A stretch of DNA of 64,000 nucleotides from Hypanus sabinus (Eukaryota). Positions 49,631 to 63,010 of the stretch are shown here, in pieces. Numbering within the stretch: position 1 is the stretch's first letter; every line of letters starts with the position of its first letter. The notes beneath the pieces were generated by a model. That model was not told the DNA's origin. It searched no databases and saw only the letters and a program-made list of their open reading frames with translations. A program made the translations under genes and the position numbers. Location of the stretch: NCBI RefSeq assembly GCF_030144855.1, contig NC_082731.1, positions 22,444,001-22,508,000 on the forward strand, written 5' to 3'.

Positions 49631-50339
49631 AATTTACTGTAGATTCCATGCTTTGATCGTTGCACCTAAATATATTTGTACACTCCTTTACTGATTGTGG
49701 TTTCCAGACACTAAGAGGACCTGTTGAAGTTTCCCTTGACTTCGTCACTGAATACTCAGCAATGGTGTAACCGCACCGCTCTTTCCAAAGCCGCAGTGAG
49801 ATCTATAGCGTCTGCTATCTCATTTATTTTGTGAAATATACGTTAACACGGAAGGGATATATGAGCGTTGAAATTCAAGCCGCAACCTCTCGGCGGGGGG
49901 TGGCGTGTGGGAGGGCTTTTTCGTGTGTTTTCAAATGACAGATAATTTGAGAAATCCATGTTTATGCTATCATATTAGACGCTACCCAAACAGAATTTGT
50001 ATATTGTCTCAGGGTACTGAATAAGAGGGCATTGACGCCATGCTCAAAGGGATTTGGTAATTAAATTAAAGTGGCTGAGATTCTGTGAAATATTCCCTGT
50101 TGGAAACAGAGCGAATTAGCACGATAACGTGCACCACAACCTTTGTCGAGTGTCCCAGATGTTGTGCATACCGTATCAGAAACGCTGCATATAGCGAATG
50201 TGACAACATTTGAAAGAACAATGGAGGAAAATTACACCATTCTGACACAGAAAACTTGGTCCGCTGTTTCATGATAACAGATCTATTTTTCTTCTCATTC
50301 ACAATTACCTTTCTTATTCCCGTATCCCTATTACACAGA

Positions 50340-50700
50340 TTAAACAAGAATCCGTCAAACTCTGCCTTAAACGTAGGTACAGATTTGGCCTAAGCAGCTA
50401 TCTGTTGCAAAGAATTCCTCAGGTTCTCCTCTCTTGGGCCAAAGAAAGCCACCCCCATCTCCGTTCTAAAACGACACCCATGTATTTTATCCTCTTTTGC
50501 ATTCGACATTTGACTAATAATCTCATTTTATTATTAGATCCAGCCTACTCTTGGGAAGCCAATTCTGAATCCACATAGCCATGTTTCATTCGAAGCACGT
50601 CTTTACAGTTGAGGATACATTTATGAATGCTGTCCCAACTTTTTAACTTAATCTCGACACACCGCATACTCGACAAGCATTGATGCACAGATCACACTGA
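50340..50700 (-). mobile_element. Degenerate CR1 3' fragment
   Basis: Antisense resembles the CR1 end (..GGFLWPKRGEPEEFFATD..). Confidence 0.5.
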
Positions 50701-51234
50701 TAAAATATAGCTATTTGCGGCTGTGCATGTTTTAATGTCGAAAATCATCCCTACCAGTACTTTTGAGCTGACGCCATGCTGCCTCTCCTGACAAGGCAGA
50801 TTGCCAACATCTTTGTAAGCCTTTCCTGCACCTTCTTCAACCAACTGCCTTCTTCTAGACCTTTGGTGAAGAGTGCTGTTTTCCTGGATGAAGCGGCAGA
50901 TATGAATGGGCTGAAAAGAAGCGATATGCATTGCATGCCACCAGCAAATTCGATACTGTCGAAAGAAATTCTTCCTCATCATTTAAAAGAACACCATTTA
51001 ACCTGAGGTCGCGTCTTCTGTTTTTAGTTTATCCGAGCAAGTGTAGCATTCCAGACTCGCTATATCATGGCTTTCCCTGGCAAATCCCTGGACTCACCAG
51101 ACCAATGGATGTTTAATATGCAGGTTGAATCTCAGATAGGAAGGCAACTGGGATGTTAGCATTCATTTCAATAGGTCCAGAATATTTTTAAAAAGCTGTA
51201 ATTTTGAGACTACATAAACACTGCTGAAACCTCA

Positions 51235-51520
51235 ATTGGAGTCTCATAGTGAGTCCAGGGATTTGCGCGTTGGAAGGCTTCCAGGGCGCAGGCCTGTATG
51301 GGAGACAGGCAGCTGCCCAAGCTGCAATCCTTCTCCTCTCCACGCCACCGATGTTGCACAAGGAAAGGCCACTGGGACCCAACAGATTGGCACTGGTGTC
51401 TTCGCAACGCAATGTGTTGTTAAGTGCCTTGCTCAAGGACACAACACGTTTCCTCATCCGAGGCTCGAACTAATGATCTTCAGATCACTAGACAGATGCT
51501 TTATCCACTAGGCTACATGC
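51235..51520 (-). mobile_element. tRNA-derived SINE
   Basis: Antisense head GTAGCCTAGTGGATAAAG (A box) and GTTCGAGCC (B box), with central TGTGTCCTTGAGCAAGGCACTTAAC typical of aquatic-vertebrate SINEs. Confidence 0.75.
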
Positions 51521-53329
51521 AATTACAAAGAAATATCTTAATGAATATTAACTGAAATAAATCTTTATGAAATAAAAGAAAGGAAGAAGATAAATGCATA
51601 TATTGCACTCAGATTTGAGCTCATTTCAAACATCTCTGTAATTCCCGAACTATATCATCGTCTGCGTGAACGCACAACACACTTTCTGACTATTGATCGA
51701 AATCGATCTGATACGAACGGTCTCCCACACGATTATTTGACATTCTTCCTTGACACATCTTACCTGCACAAAACACCCTTTGCAACAGGGAAGCCGTGTT
51801 CAACCATCTCCCTCTTGTCTTATCCCAGCTTCCGCAAAATACAAGCCCCGCACCCACTTGTCCTCTTAAAAACCTTCCGCCCGCCAGCTCCAGAAATTAT
51901 CCCATTTCCACCATCATGACTCAATGGCACCACCTTTCGAAGTTGAAAAGCAAAGAACTGTATTTCCAGTTCAAACCGAAAACAAGCTAAAAATAGAATC
52001 AAACAACCTTTACAAAAATATAAAAAATAAATCCCCGCGGTATTCAAGTAAAAAATTTAACCGGGGTGTTACACTCTGACCCTACCAAAGTGCAGTGTTC
52101 TCATGGCATTGCAACATGTCAACCCATGATTATTAACACCGTTTTTAACGGACTCTTGTGATGTCAGGACCTCCAATCTGTTTGTGAATGCTAGTGACAT
52201 ATCCCACTAGGGGGGAAGATACCATGCTGAATTTTCCCCCAGTTTCAGCTCTTCCACCTTCAAGCACCACTTCGTACTCTTCCTGTCTACAAGAGTGGAC
52301 TTTCCCTGTCTATAATGCGTGACTTCCTCCAGCACAGATCATTCTGCTCTATGACCAAAGTTTAATTTTCATCAATTTAATCTAAAATAGCCGAACATAT
52401 TCATCTCCGCTAGCGCTACCCGATGTGTCATCTCTCGGAGAAGGGGTCTTTGAGTCGCTTCAGTATTATGCTACGAAATCCTGGAGTAACACGCATCAGC
52501 GTCATCAGTGGAAAACACACCTTCGTGTGCCAAGATCATTTCAGCTCAGTAGCAACTCCTTCAACTTTGCTTGCGGAGCTTCACCGCGGATTGACAAAAA
52601 CTCCCTTTCTTAACGTCGTTTGATTTAAGATTTCTGGTGTCGATTGAATTGAACTTTGTGTAATACACGAATGTTGCATCAGATAACGTTTATGATCCAC
52701 ATCACGTTACTGAGGTGTTTCTAATGCAGTTAAATCAGGGAAAGAGAGAGATCCCACACTGTACCCTAACGTGTGCAGAAAAAAAAAAACAGCTGGAAGA
52801 TTCAGAGCTTCTAACTTTGCCATCCCTCAAATTAAGGTTTCTGCTTGAAGTAAACAGGTCTGTGCGTTAAGAGAAAATAAGGCATGTTGCTTAATGATTG
52901 CTGTCAATCTGACGCACGCTATCATGATATTATTCGAAGAAGTGGTCATGTACACAATTTTGACTTTCGCTGTATAGGAAACTCTTTAGCAGTTTAATGT
53001 TGTTTCTCTCTTGTCGTCTGCGACGCTCTCTCTTCTTCGTATAGAAATGCATAGATCTACAACGATCAATATCATTCAGGCAACAGTGTCCTGAAACAAG
53101 GAGGACATTTATATCAACAATGAACTGATCCGACAATCTATGGGTTGTTTTCAGTGTTTGAACAGCTGTTGCATTCAACAGTGTGTGGTTAATTATTTAT
53201 TTAATATTTGTGTTTCCACTCGTTTTCTTATTTTGCACACTGATTGTTTTTTTTTCAATTGTTAGATATGTGTGTGCTTCATTGGTATTGTCGTACGTAA
53301 TTACAGTTAGTGTAGCAGTCAGTGTTCCA

Positions 53330-53615
53330 TTTAGCCACGTGGCTAAGGCGTTGATCTAGTGATCTGAAGATCGCTAGTTGGACTCACAGCTTAGGGAGTG
53401 TGTTGTGTCCTTCATCAAGACACTTATCCACACGTTGCTCTGCGACGACACCGGTGCCAAACCGTATCGGCTCTTGCCCTTCCCTTGGAGAACTTCGGTG
53501 GCATGCAGAAGGGAAACTTGCAGCATAGGCATCTGCCGATCTCACAGACAACCCTTCCTAGGCCTGCGACATGGGAACTATTCAAGGAGCAAAATGCATG
53601 GTCTATTGAGACTAA
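53330..53615 (+). mobile_element. tRNA-derived SINE, same family as 51235-51520
   Basis: GTGGCTAAGGCGTTGATCTAGTGATCTGAAGATC...TGTTGTGTCCTTCATCAAGACACTTATCC aligns with the reverse complement of the first copy. Confidence 0.75.
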
Positions 53616-54115
53616 CAGATGCGAAGAAAATGTTGCAGTAAATACTTAGAATACAGTTAACATTCGGGCGGTATATATTAACATTCTGTATGATTGTTTT
53701 GATTATAAATGCCCTTCCAGGATTTAAATTTAACCTTGAATGGTTCTTTAACCGCCAGCCGAGGAAAACGTTAGCCATGTTTCTGCAAATACATCGACGA
53801 TATTTATCCGGTGAAATAGATATCTGGTTGTTTTAGAGGACGGAACTGGGAGTCGGGTAGTGAGAAATTATTCTCCCATTGCCACGTATCAATGAAATTG
53901 ATTTCTGCTCTACACTCCACTCAACAACAGCCAAGGAAGCAGGAAAAGCTGTTGACAGTGAAGGAAAAAAATGATATCCTCAATGGCCAAGAAAGAAATT
54001 CATAATCTAGATCATTTTCAGAGCATGACTCATAGATAATATCGCAATAAAAATCAAAGTTACTTTATTTCTCGAACGTATTTTCGAAATGAATTCAAAG
54101 GCAAGACGAGTGAAT

Positions 54116-54283
54116 CTGCAGATGCTGGAAATACATAAAAACATAAAATGTTGGCAGAACTCAGCAGGCCAGACTGCTATAGAGGAGGAGTTAGTGACCC
54201 CCATAGATCAGTAGCATAGTCAATAGCCCCTCCCATAGATGTTGTATGGCCTGTTGAATTCTGCCAGCATTCTGTGTTTTTAG
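54116..54283. mobile_element. Elasmobranch-type short inverted-repeat (hairpin) element, truncated on the right
   Basis: Arms 54138-54171 (AAAACATAAAATGTTGGCAGAACTCAGCAGGCCA) and 54247-54280 are near-complementary. The left end begins TCTGCAGATGCTGGAAAT. Confidence 0.75.
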
Positions 54284-54470
54284 ATAAGTAATTCACGGAG
54301 TAAGTCACGGGGATTCTGCCACTCAGAAGATATCCCCGACAGAGCAGCGGGAAAGGAACACTGTGACTTCCAGTTGCTTTCAGCTGCACCTATGGTTCTA
54401 GATAGAGCTACTACCATTTCTCCTGGTATCGGAAAAGAAAAAGTCGTTCCAGAGACCTGAGCACATTCTC
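54284..54470 (+). pseudogene. Truncated TRAV/TRDV-like V pseudogene (V3)
   Basis: After ...GTTTTTAG the sequence reads SHGDSATQKISPTEQRERNTVTSSC. A roughly 10-nt duplication causes a frameshift, then FSCTYGSR*SYYHFSWYRK (TAG at 54403-54405 where V1/V2 have TGG), and QRPEHI further on. No recognisable leader, intact YYC or RSS. Confidence 0.8.
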
Positions 54471-54649
54471 AGGGAAGCCAGACGTCCATTGTACAACTGA
54501 AAGCGGAGGTGGATATCAAATTTAATTTCCTTGGTCATTTTATCTTGTCGGATCTTTTCTGTGTCCAGCAAGTACTATTACGAAGAAAAGACTGTCGCAC
54601 CTCTATTTCGTTAGGAGTTTGTGTATATTTGGAATGAAATTTGAAACTA

Positions 54650-54900
54650 TGACGAACTTCCAGAAGTGCAGTGGAGAGTATATTAATTGCCTTATCATAG
54701 CTTGTCATGGAAAAACCAATGACCTTGAAAGTGAAATCCTATAAAAACTGTATGCACTCCTTGTCCTAACTGTGGGAAAACCTTCCAAACAATATATTGC
54801 AACTGCACGAAACGAGTTTGCAGAAAGCAGCAGTAATCATCATGGGCATGCTCTTTTATCGTTGCTCTCCACCAATAGGAAGGCATAAAACGTATAACCG
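54650..54900 (+). mobile_element. Rex1/Babar-like LINE 3' fragment
   Basis: AACTTCCAGAAGTGCAGTGGAGAGTATATT...GGAAAAACCAATGACCTTGAA...AGAAAGCAGCAGTAATCATCA...CATGCTCT matches the Rex1 NFYRC.VESIL / RKAASII motif region. Confidence 0.65.
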
Positions 54901-57900
54901 GCACAAGTTACCTAATTTAATCATCAGCGTTTTGAAACAAAGTGAATTATATCACTCAATTTCACTTGCCTCATAAGTGAATTATTTCCTTAGACAATAA
55001 GTTAACTCCAAGAACTCATCATCTTATCTTCTCGATATTTATTGGTTATTTATTTATTTTTATTGTTTCCTCTTTTTTGGCGACTGCACTCTGGTTCAAC
55101 AGCCTGGTGACCTGACCGTTTATTGATTGTAGTGCAGTTAATATGCTATAGATTTTGTTAGTATAACAACAAGAAAATGAAACTTCATGCTTCGGATTGT
55201 AACATAAGTGTCACTTAATAATAATGCATTTAGTCTGAACTTTGAACTTGCATATTTTCAGCTTTTTTTCGAAGACAAGTATCATAAACGCGAAAGGGGT
55301 ACGATGTCCTAAGGATTAGCGGTGACTCTGAATATAACGTTAGGGACATTTCAATTCCAGCCGGGCAGAAATTCGAAACGCAGTGAATTTCTCCAACTCT
55401 AAAAATGGCCGCATGTAAATAACACGCCCCCTGTCTACGGTCGTCTCTGGACGATCTGAATAATGCAAGACCTGGCAGCAGTCTCCGAATTATTTTCAAG
55501 CTACGCCTCCAAAGCTTCATTTATACGGGTCTACTATATGCTAGACCAAGGCGTTTGCACGCCCCACATATTAGCCCACTCTTGCAGACAGACTTTTTTC
55601 TGAATTATTATGACCAAGCAACAGCAATCAGTGAACGATAGGCGGTAAATTCCTTTCCGTTAACTAAGATAGAGCTGAAGGATACGTTCGTAGAAGCTTG
55701 CGAATCTCCCTATACGTATTTGACTATGAGGCAGAATTGAGCTTTAACTACAGTTGTAATTTCCGGATGAGACTATCTCTCTGATCTCAACAAAGCAGAA
55801 GAAATACGTGAAACAACTAGAAGTTCCCGTTTGCATTATGTCACGGCAACAACCTTTGCGTTACTGACGGAGAAAAACAAAGGATTTGGTTACGTTCATT
55901 CTGACCCTGTCTGCGTACAAGGTGTCTGTCTCAAAGTGTCTGAGCCCTTCGAGATCATCTGTCTAAGTCTGGGTAATGGTTTCAACGATCCAGCCACAAG
56001 GATATTTTGCCTGACGAAGAATAAAGGCGTTTTTCTTTTTTCTCATTTGGCTAAAGTAATTCACGATGACACCGAGGACATTTGCTAGGTTGTGCAATGA
56101 CAACATCAATGGTCGCTTCTGCTGACGCATCAGAACTTGGAAATGATCTACTTTTCCGGTTAATGTTACCAATATTATAAGCATAGACACAATTATTCAG
56201 TAGGCTTCAGCCAGTGAGAACAGGAATTGTATCCTGGGATGACGGAATCTAAGTTGCATTATGCAGCAAAATCCGACATTGAAGATGCCTTAATTGATAT
56301 GCGGCTTCGGGCTGCACGTGGCCTGCCACCGGGTGTGACAGCTGCTGCTGTCAAGGATATGTTGTGCCGTGCATTAATGTGTCAAATAGTCTTTTGTGGC
56401 GCGTCTTATGTGTTAGTGTAGTGGATATAGCTTCTCGACTCTCTGTCAGCATCCAGCGCTTGCTACAAGTATCCGAAAAGGAAAGCTGAATATGTAAGGT
56501 TTTTCCCCCTCCCAGCATATATCTTTTCCCAAAACATACCTTATTTAATGCCTTCTTAATAGCTACAAAAGGGAAATGTATTCCTTCCGGCCTCATGTTG
56601 ATCAACAGATGACCGTGAGGATGTCTGGCATCTGCATGCTTGCACGGAAGATCACTGGTGTGTGAACACGACCTATTGCCCGTGAATCATACCTGCAGTT
56701 TTGGGAAATTTGCTAAGTCTTGTGGGCAGTATCGGGTGAGACAAAATCTATGTGAGTAAACCCATGTAGGAAATCCGGAGTAGAGCTCCAAAAATGGCTG
56801 ATCGTCATTGAAAATCTTTCTGGCCGCAACTGTAGCAGTTCTCGTGTCGAATATATCGCTTCGCTTGCCATTGAACTACAGCGGTGTTTCCGAGAGGTGT
56901 TTCCTGACGACTTACCATCTGTGGATCTCCATACTTCCAGCCCTGGTGACGAAGATTTGCCATTATACTTCAAAATAACGAACGCCGACTCAAACAACAG
57001 CTCTGTGATCTGGATGAGGATCCTGACAATGTTGTTTGGCGAAGTCAGCAGCCATCACAGAGGAAGAACTATTTTGCATAACCTTTTTTCCCATTTGGGT
57101 GCGGCCGGTCTCTACCAGCGATTGATGGGGCTTGCGCTTGATTAACCACTCAAAACAGGAATAGTGCTACTAATGCTGGTATTGGTCAAGCATCCTGAAA
57201 CTACACATCTGACAAGCTGAGGCACCATATGTAACACAGCTGGCTGCATTTTACATTGTTTCGATAGGATTAAGCGGGAGAACAGTTCACAATCCTGGGG
57301 GAGGTTGGAGGCCTTTTTATCGTAGCATGAAGCTGTTGGTCTTTAGTAATACATTGTGTGTGAAAGATTGCGTTATCGAATTAGGAATTGTACTTTTGAG
57401 TTTTATATCTCGTTTACCGAGACATTATCGTGGTCTAAAATGTTAAAAAGATAGATTTTCATGGAGTCGTGCATTTCGAATTGACAAATGTAACATTGAA
57501 AGGTTAGATTATCTCTAGTCGAAAAACGGTTCTGCATTGTCGGTCATTGGTCATCACGTTCGAAAAATACAGGAGATATTTGCTCTTGGTTCCATTGCCT
57601 GCCGCAGCAATAACATACCGGTACAGAAGCCACATCGGAATATGAATAGCATGTGCAAGAGATTCGCCGTATTTTCTCTGTCCTGGAGAGTATTTTTTTA
57701 TATTTGACGGAGATCCACATCAATTCTAACGAATCATTGAAAAGTATACTGTAAATAGTGCATACGAAAAGGAAATCTTTGATCCATGTGCACGATCAGC
57801 AAAGTTTCTGTTAAATATTTAGATTTGCATGACTAAAGTGTCAAAACTTAATGAGGTTCCCCCCCCCCCCGAGTTTCAATTCCAAACGCTTTGTGTTGCC

Positions 57901-59539
57901 CAGTTTGGAACATGGGGTAGCTTAAATGACGACCTGTTTCACGCAGAACATTAATGGGAAGACATACTTTTTTTTGCCCTGTATGTTAATATTTAATGCG
58001 GTTATTCGCAGTCTGTGTCTACCGTCCAGCTTACGTTTCCCCTTAACAATGACTTTACTGAGAATCAGTTAAAATAAAAATAAACTTTGTTGATAGGTGC
58101 AAATGCGACAGCACAGAGCTGCAGCCAGATGCTAAATGCAACGCAAGGAAAAACAAACTGATACATTCTCCGTCCATCACTCGCGATCAACGTGTCGGTG
58201 TTTATATTGTCCAATACCGATTGTTTCAAATTTCCCCTCCTCCTCTCTCTCCATTTTCAGTCGCTCTCCCTATGATTCAATTTATCGGTTTCTCTTGTTC
58301 GCTGTTTCCCCGTATCGATTTTTGTTTTCTTCTTCTGTTTAACGAGTCTGCCCGATTCTGCCTTTGTCAACGCCAAGCTATTAGACTGGTACCTTCAAAC
58401 TTCATTACGTTCGTAAAGTCTTATGTCTATCTTCTTTCATGGATTGAGAAGAAATGTATAATTTATTTCGTTATCATCTTGGAAATTATGGCTCTGACCT
58501 GCTGAGGCCGAATCCAAAATGTTGAGTCACGTCCGGATCTGCAGAATGGTTGACGCATAAACATTGTTATACAATGAAACAGTGAAACTTATTTAGACAC
58601 AAGATATGACGGAACCATGTATTTGCGAGGACTTTATATACAAATAGTTGCATAACGTACCCGAAATGGAATAGGTTTTCATCTTGAATCGTTGGAATTT
58701 GTACTCTATACCCATCATGTCCTCAGTCTGTCACCGTTTGAGATCAGAACAACAAAGGTAGTGTCATCGAAAAACTGCTAACTTAGTTAAGGTAGAATTG
58801 GCCACGAATCCCAAAATATCCAGTGAAATGGAAAAGGTTTTTGTACCGATCATTGTGGGACTTCGTTAGTGTGGATGGGCGGATTGTTTTTTCTTCTGAT
58901 ATCCTTTTTATTATTGAGATCATCAGGTCAATTTGTGGGATGGAAGCCTCCAGAATTTGAAGACTGATTCCAGGGGTATATAGATGATTGTGTTCAGGTT
59001 TGTGACGTTTGAAGGATAACCTGATATTCATATTGTCCAGAGATGCGTGCAGGGAAAGTGAGATGCCATTTGCCTGGGAACGTTTTCAGCTGCAGAGAAA
59101 TACGACGTGTAGAGGCTACCGAGAGGACTGCTGTTGATGTGTGCATCAAACAGTATATTTTCGAATTATGTTATGATGGTACATGAGGCAACCTAACGAG
59201 ATGTCCTTGATGCTATTCCTCTTGGATTGGATTACGAAGTTTAGTACGATTCGTTACAAACAACTACTTCACACGTGGTTCTACGTCGCCGCGTACTACA
59301 CGGTGGGATTCATTCCGTGCTGGTTCCCTTGTCAGAAGTTGTTGTTTATGAGTTCTGTTGGGAAAGGATCAGAGCGCGATAGGAACAGGAATCCAATCCA
59401 CGGCAAAACAGGCATTCAATGCAAAAAATCTAATCAATCAATTAACCAATAAATCTGGCACAACGTCGAGGGGTTTAAGAAAACAACCATTAGCCCACTC
59501 GGTGCAGATGTAGCCAACTACAACAAACGGTGTATCCAC

Positions 59540-60060
59540 GGATGCATAATTGCATCAGTTTGTATGCAGGTTTAACCTACTGCGGTTTATCCTACCGAAT
59601 AACGAAACCTCGCACTTGACTGCATATATTACGATGTGTTGTATATCAACTCTCTTTTTGAGCTGATCCAGACAATTTTTCAAGGGTTTATGGAGACCTT
59701 CACTGCCTACTTCACAATTATTCTTGGAGTCATCGGCAAACCGGTCGAACCAGTTCAACTCATTATCATTTAGACCATTCATATGAATAACGCAAAACAA
59801 GCAAGCAAATAAAAAGGCCCCAGCAACGAATCATGTGGCGCACCACGAGCCAAGATCCTTTATTCACAATCCTCTAAAACAGTTTTCTGACTTTGCCTGC
59901 AAATCCAAAGTCTGATCGAATTTAATAAATCAGGAATTTCTAGCGACTGAACAATCATAACCAGCCTTATAAACTGAACCTTTTGGTTACCATAATAAAG
60001 CCCATGCCACACCGTCCGCAGTATTTCCTTCACCACTTTACGTCAGAAATTTGCAAGTTT
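59540..60060 (-). mobile_element. Degenerate CR1 RT fragment
   Basis: FCVIHMNGLNDNELNWFDRFADDSK..LDQL..KCEVSLFGR. Confidence 0.8.
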
Positions 60061-60436
60061 TAATCTCATATGTAATTGCAGGCAAACAGCGTGAAATGGA
60101 GATAAAATTTATTTCAGTAGTGAAGGAAGAACAACATTTGTGTTACAAACAATTGCTCTTGAACTCTCCCGTGATCTTTCATCGTCAAGGTAACAACATA
60201 ATTATTACATCATTTCCTTAATGAGTCCAGTGGTCTATTATCCGAGCTGGTTTCTCTCTCCAGTCAGTTTCACGCCTGTATTATGTAGATATATTTAAAA
60301 TGTAAACACGAAAACATTGTTCGTTCATTTGTTAAGTCAGACGTTACGTCTGCTAATATTTCAAGAGGTTTTGTTGTTTTTAATTGTTCTGTTATGCAGC
60401 AACAAGTTACCATGATGTACTGTTCAGTATAGGACC

Positions 60437-61228
60437 TGTTACGTACCACGTAACGGGCTAAAAGAACCAGCAGAAATGGACACACCTGGATTCTGAGACT
60501 TCCGTTATAAACACTATTTTATTAGTAATGCGTGAATAAAGTAAGATAAAACAAGATAAGGTAAGCAGGTTAGCAAAGTATATGAGTTTACGTAGCTGAG
60601 TAAATAAGGTTCACAATCTACCCCAGCTCAGGTGGTTAGGTCATACATTCCGACGGTGGTATAGTAAGCAATCAGTTGAGTTCTGGAATTTCATTTGAGG
60701 AGAGCTGGAGAGAGAGAGAAATAAAGAGTTAGTTTGTTTTTCAGTTCCGATGCCGATGCCGACCACGACGTCGTCCTCCTGCTCCCGAAACGTTTTTAAA
60801 GTCTCCACTTGTGACCACAGGAAGTGGAATGACGGTTTTCCAAATTGAGCTATCAACCCCGGCCAGGGTTAAACACAACGATTGTTCGCTACCGGTCACT
60901 CCTCTGTTCACACTGTGAGCCAATACCCCACCCATGTTGTGTGCACACAAAGCTGACCAATGTCCTCCTTTCCTCTGTAGTGTCGCGCGTTTCCCCTGAA
61001 TGTCGTGTGTCTCTTGCGTGTCTAATTAAAAAAATCGACAGACTTCGCATATATCTCAAAGTGCTGAAGACGAACTCGACATCATATGGCTCCGCCTTTC
61101 AGATTCCAAGGCAACTCACAGACTTTCTCTCTCTCCCTGCTGCTGAATTAGAGCATGTGGCTGTTCGGTCCCCCTCTCTCTCGTTTAAAGGAACAGCCCA
61201 ACAGAATAATCCATCAGATCTCGTCACA
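60437..61228. mobile_element. Solo LTR (about 790 bp)
   Basis: Termini TGTTACG...CGTCACA and a non-coding interior similar in style to the other LTRs here. No clean TSD. Confidence 0.6.
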
Positions 61229-62439
61229 GGCTGCACGGCAACTTGCACATTTCAGATGAGTTTACAATCTATTACGTCTTCCTGTCTTTGAGATGTGTTT
61301 TTTTTTGTTTCATTTTCCAATTAATATTCTGTTTCCCCAGCTGGAATCATTTCTGTTAAATATTGTGAACGGTCTCTGAGAGCACTACTAAACTGTTTCA
61401 AGAGATATTTCGATTCTTCTTCCGGAACCATAAGGATTAATTTTGGAGTTGGTGTCTCCCCGTGTGCTCTGCCACTAGTTGAGTTCATTACTCGTACATA
61501 AGACTTAATACTTGGGAGCAGAATTAGGGAATTCAGCTATCCAATTTATTCCGCGCTTCCATTTAAGTTTTTGTTATCCATCTCCACGACATCTTCCTTC
61601 TTCTCCCTGTAACTGTTGATATCTTGTCTAATCCATAAACGGTCAGCATACACTTTATAAACTTTACTTGGCCTTTACATACACCTACAGATGAACGACT
61701 GGCACGGGTAATGGCACACCTTTCAATTTTCGACAGGTTTCATTGAAACTTCTCTAACCTTTGGGAAATACAGTTCGAAGGTCATCAAACGCTCGATATA
61801 TGAAAACCAGACTTTCCTCAGAATCATTGGTCATATCTTTACACAGACATGCAAGCCAGAACTGTGAATACTAATCGATTTATCTTCTTTCTGCTTCATT
61901 AATACATTTTAATGCGAACAAACTCAATCGCCCTGTTTCCTGCATTGTTTTCCGATTGTATGCTCGGCAAGTCATGATAAATAACTCTGTATTTTACCTT
62001 TGTTTTCTATCTATGATTCCGTAAACACTATGTTAAATGTATTGACCAAGTATTCCTGAATGATGTGTTTTTCTTACGTGCCAGTGTAGAAATGATTGCA
62101 TCACGCAGATCTGCCTGCGTTTCTGGCACTAGAACAATAGACAGGAGGACTGAACTGTCGTGATTCAGCAGTAGATTGCGAACATTTATGCTGCATTTCA
62201 CATGCCAAGTTACTTCCATACCATGTTTGTCAAACGAGACTCATTGGTTCCCAACTGACATCAAATGCCAGAACAACAAAATGCGTTTTTTTTTTTGATT
62301 TTCTGATTGCAAAACGTGATCCATATTTGAACCATGCCTCCGCACGCACCTTGCTGAATCCGTATTCTTCTCGACATTCAAAAAAGACCAGAAGATATAG
62401 GAGCGGAGGTAGGCCATTCTACCCATAGAGTCTGGTCTG

Positions 62440-63010
62440 CCGTTCAATCATGGGCTGATTCAATCCTTCCAGTCATCCCCAAAGCACTAAATTCTACCCT
62501 TCCCATTTGATGCTTTGGCTTATCAAGAACCTATCTATTTCCTTCTTAAATACACCGAATGGCATTCACCGATGCACTTGGCAACTAATGCACAGATATA
62601 TCACCCTCTGGCTAAAACAATTGCTCCGCTTCTCTGTTGTAATGGACGTACTTAAATCCTGAAGTCGTGTCCATTCGACCCAGACTCCCCTACCATGGGA
62701 AATCACTTTGCCATATCTAATACGTACAGGACTTTCAACAATTGTAATTTTTCTATGAGATACCCCTACATTCTCGTGAACTCCAGGGAACACAACCCAA
62801 GTGCTCCCAAACCTTTCTCATTCGGTAACTCATTTCATTCCGGAATCATTCTCGTGAACCTACAATGAACCCCCTTCAATATCAGTACATATTTCCTGAA
62901 GTGAGAAGACCGAAACTGTACCCAATACTGCAAGTGTGCTCTCACAAGTGCATTGCAGAACTCTAAAACCATATCCCTGCTCTTAACATTCTATACCCCT
63001 GGAAAAGAAA
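62440..63010 (-). mobile_element. CR1-type LINE 3' fragment
   Basis: Antisense resembles the CR1 end (NVGVSHRKITIVESP..RYGKVISHG..FSQRVIYL). Confidence 0.65.

Larger units (their letters stand above)
29545..49880 (+). repeat. V-gene tandem cassette, copy B (expanded by L1, CR1 and LTR insertions)
   Basis: Same order of homologous blocks as copy A, ending in V2 plus RSS and about 250 nt of shared downstream flank. Confidence 0.85.

Noticed and set aside
49257-49694. 145-aa ORF with a hydrophobic N-terminus MKFVFVFVL as a single-exon gene
   Set aside because: The N-terminus is the intron polypyrimidine tract starting at TTG, and the C-terminus is RSS and flank.
51470-51520. tRNA-like A/B boxes as a tRNA gene
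   Set aside because: They are the head of a SINE and continue into a SINE body; there is no full cloverleaf.
56713-57145. Overlapping 94/82-aa ORFs (IYSTRELLQLRP resembles the 5' region of some LINEs)
   Set aside because: One short motif only; not enough to call a gene or an element.
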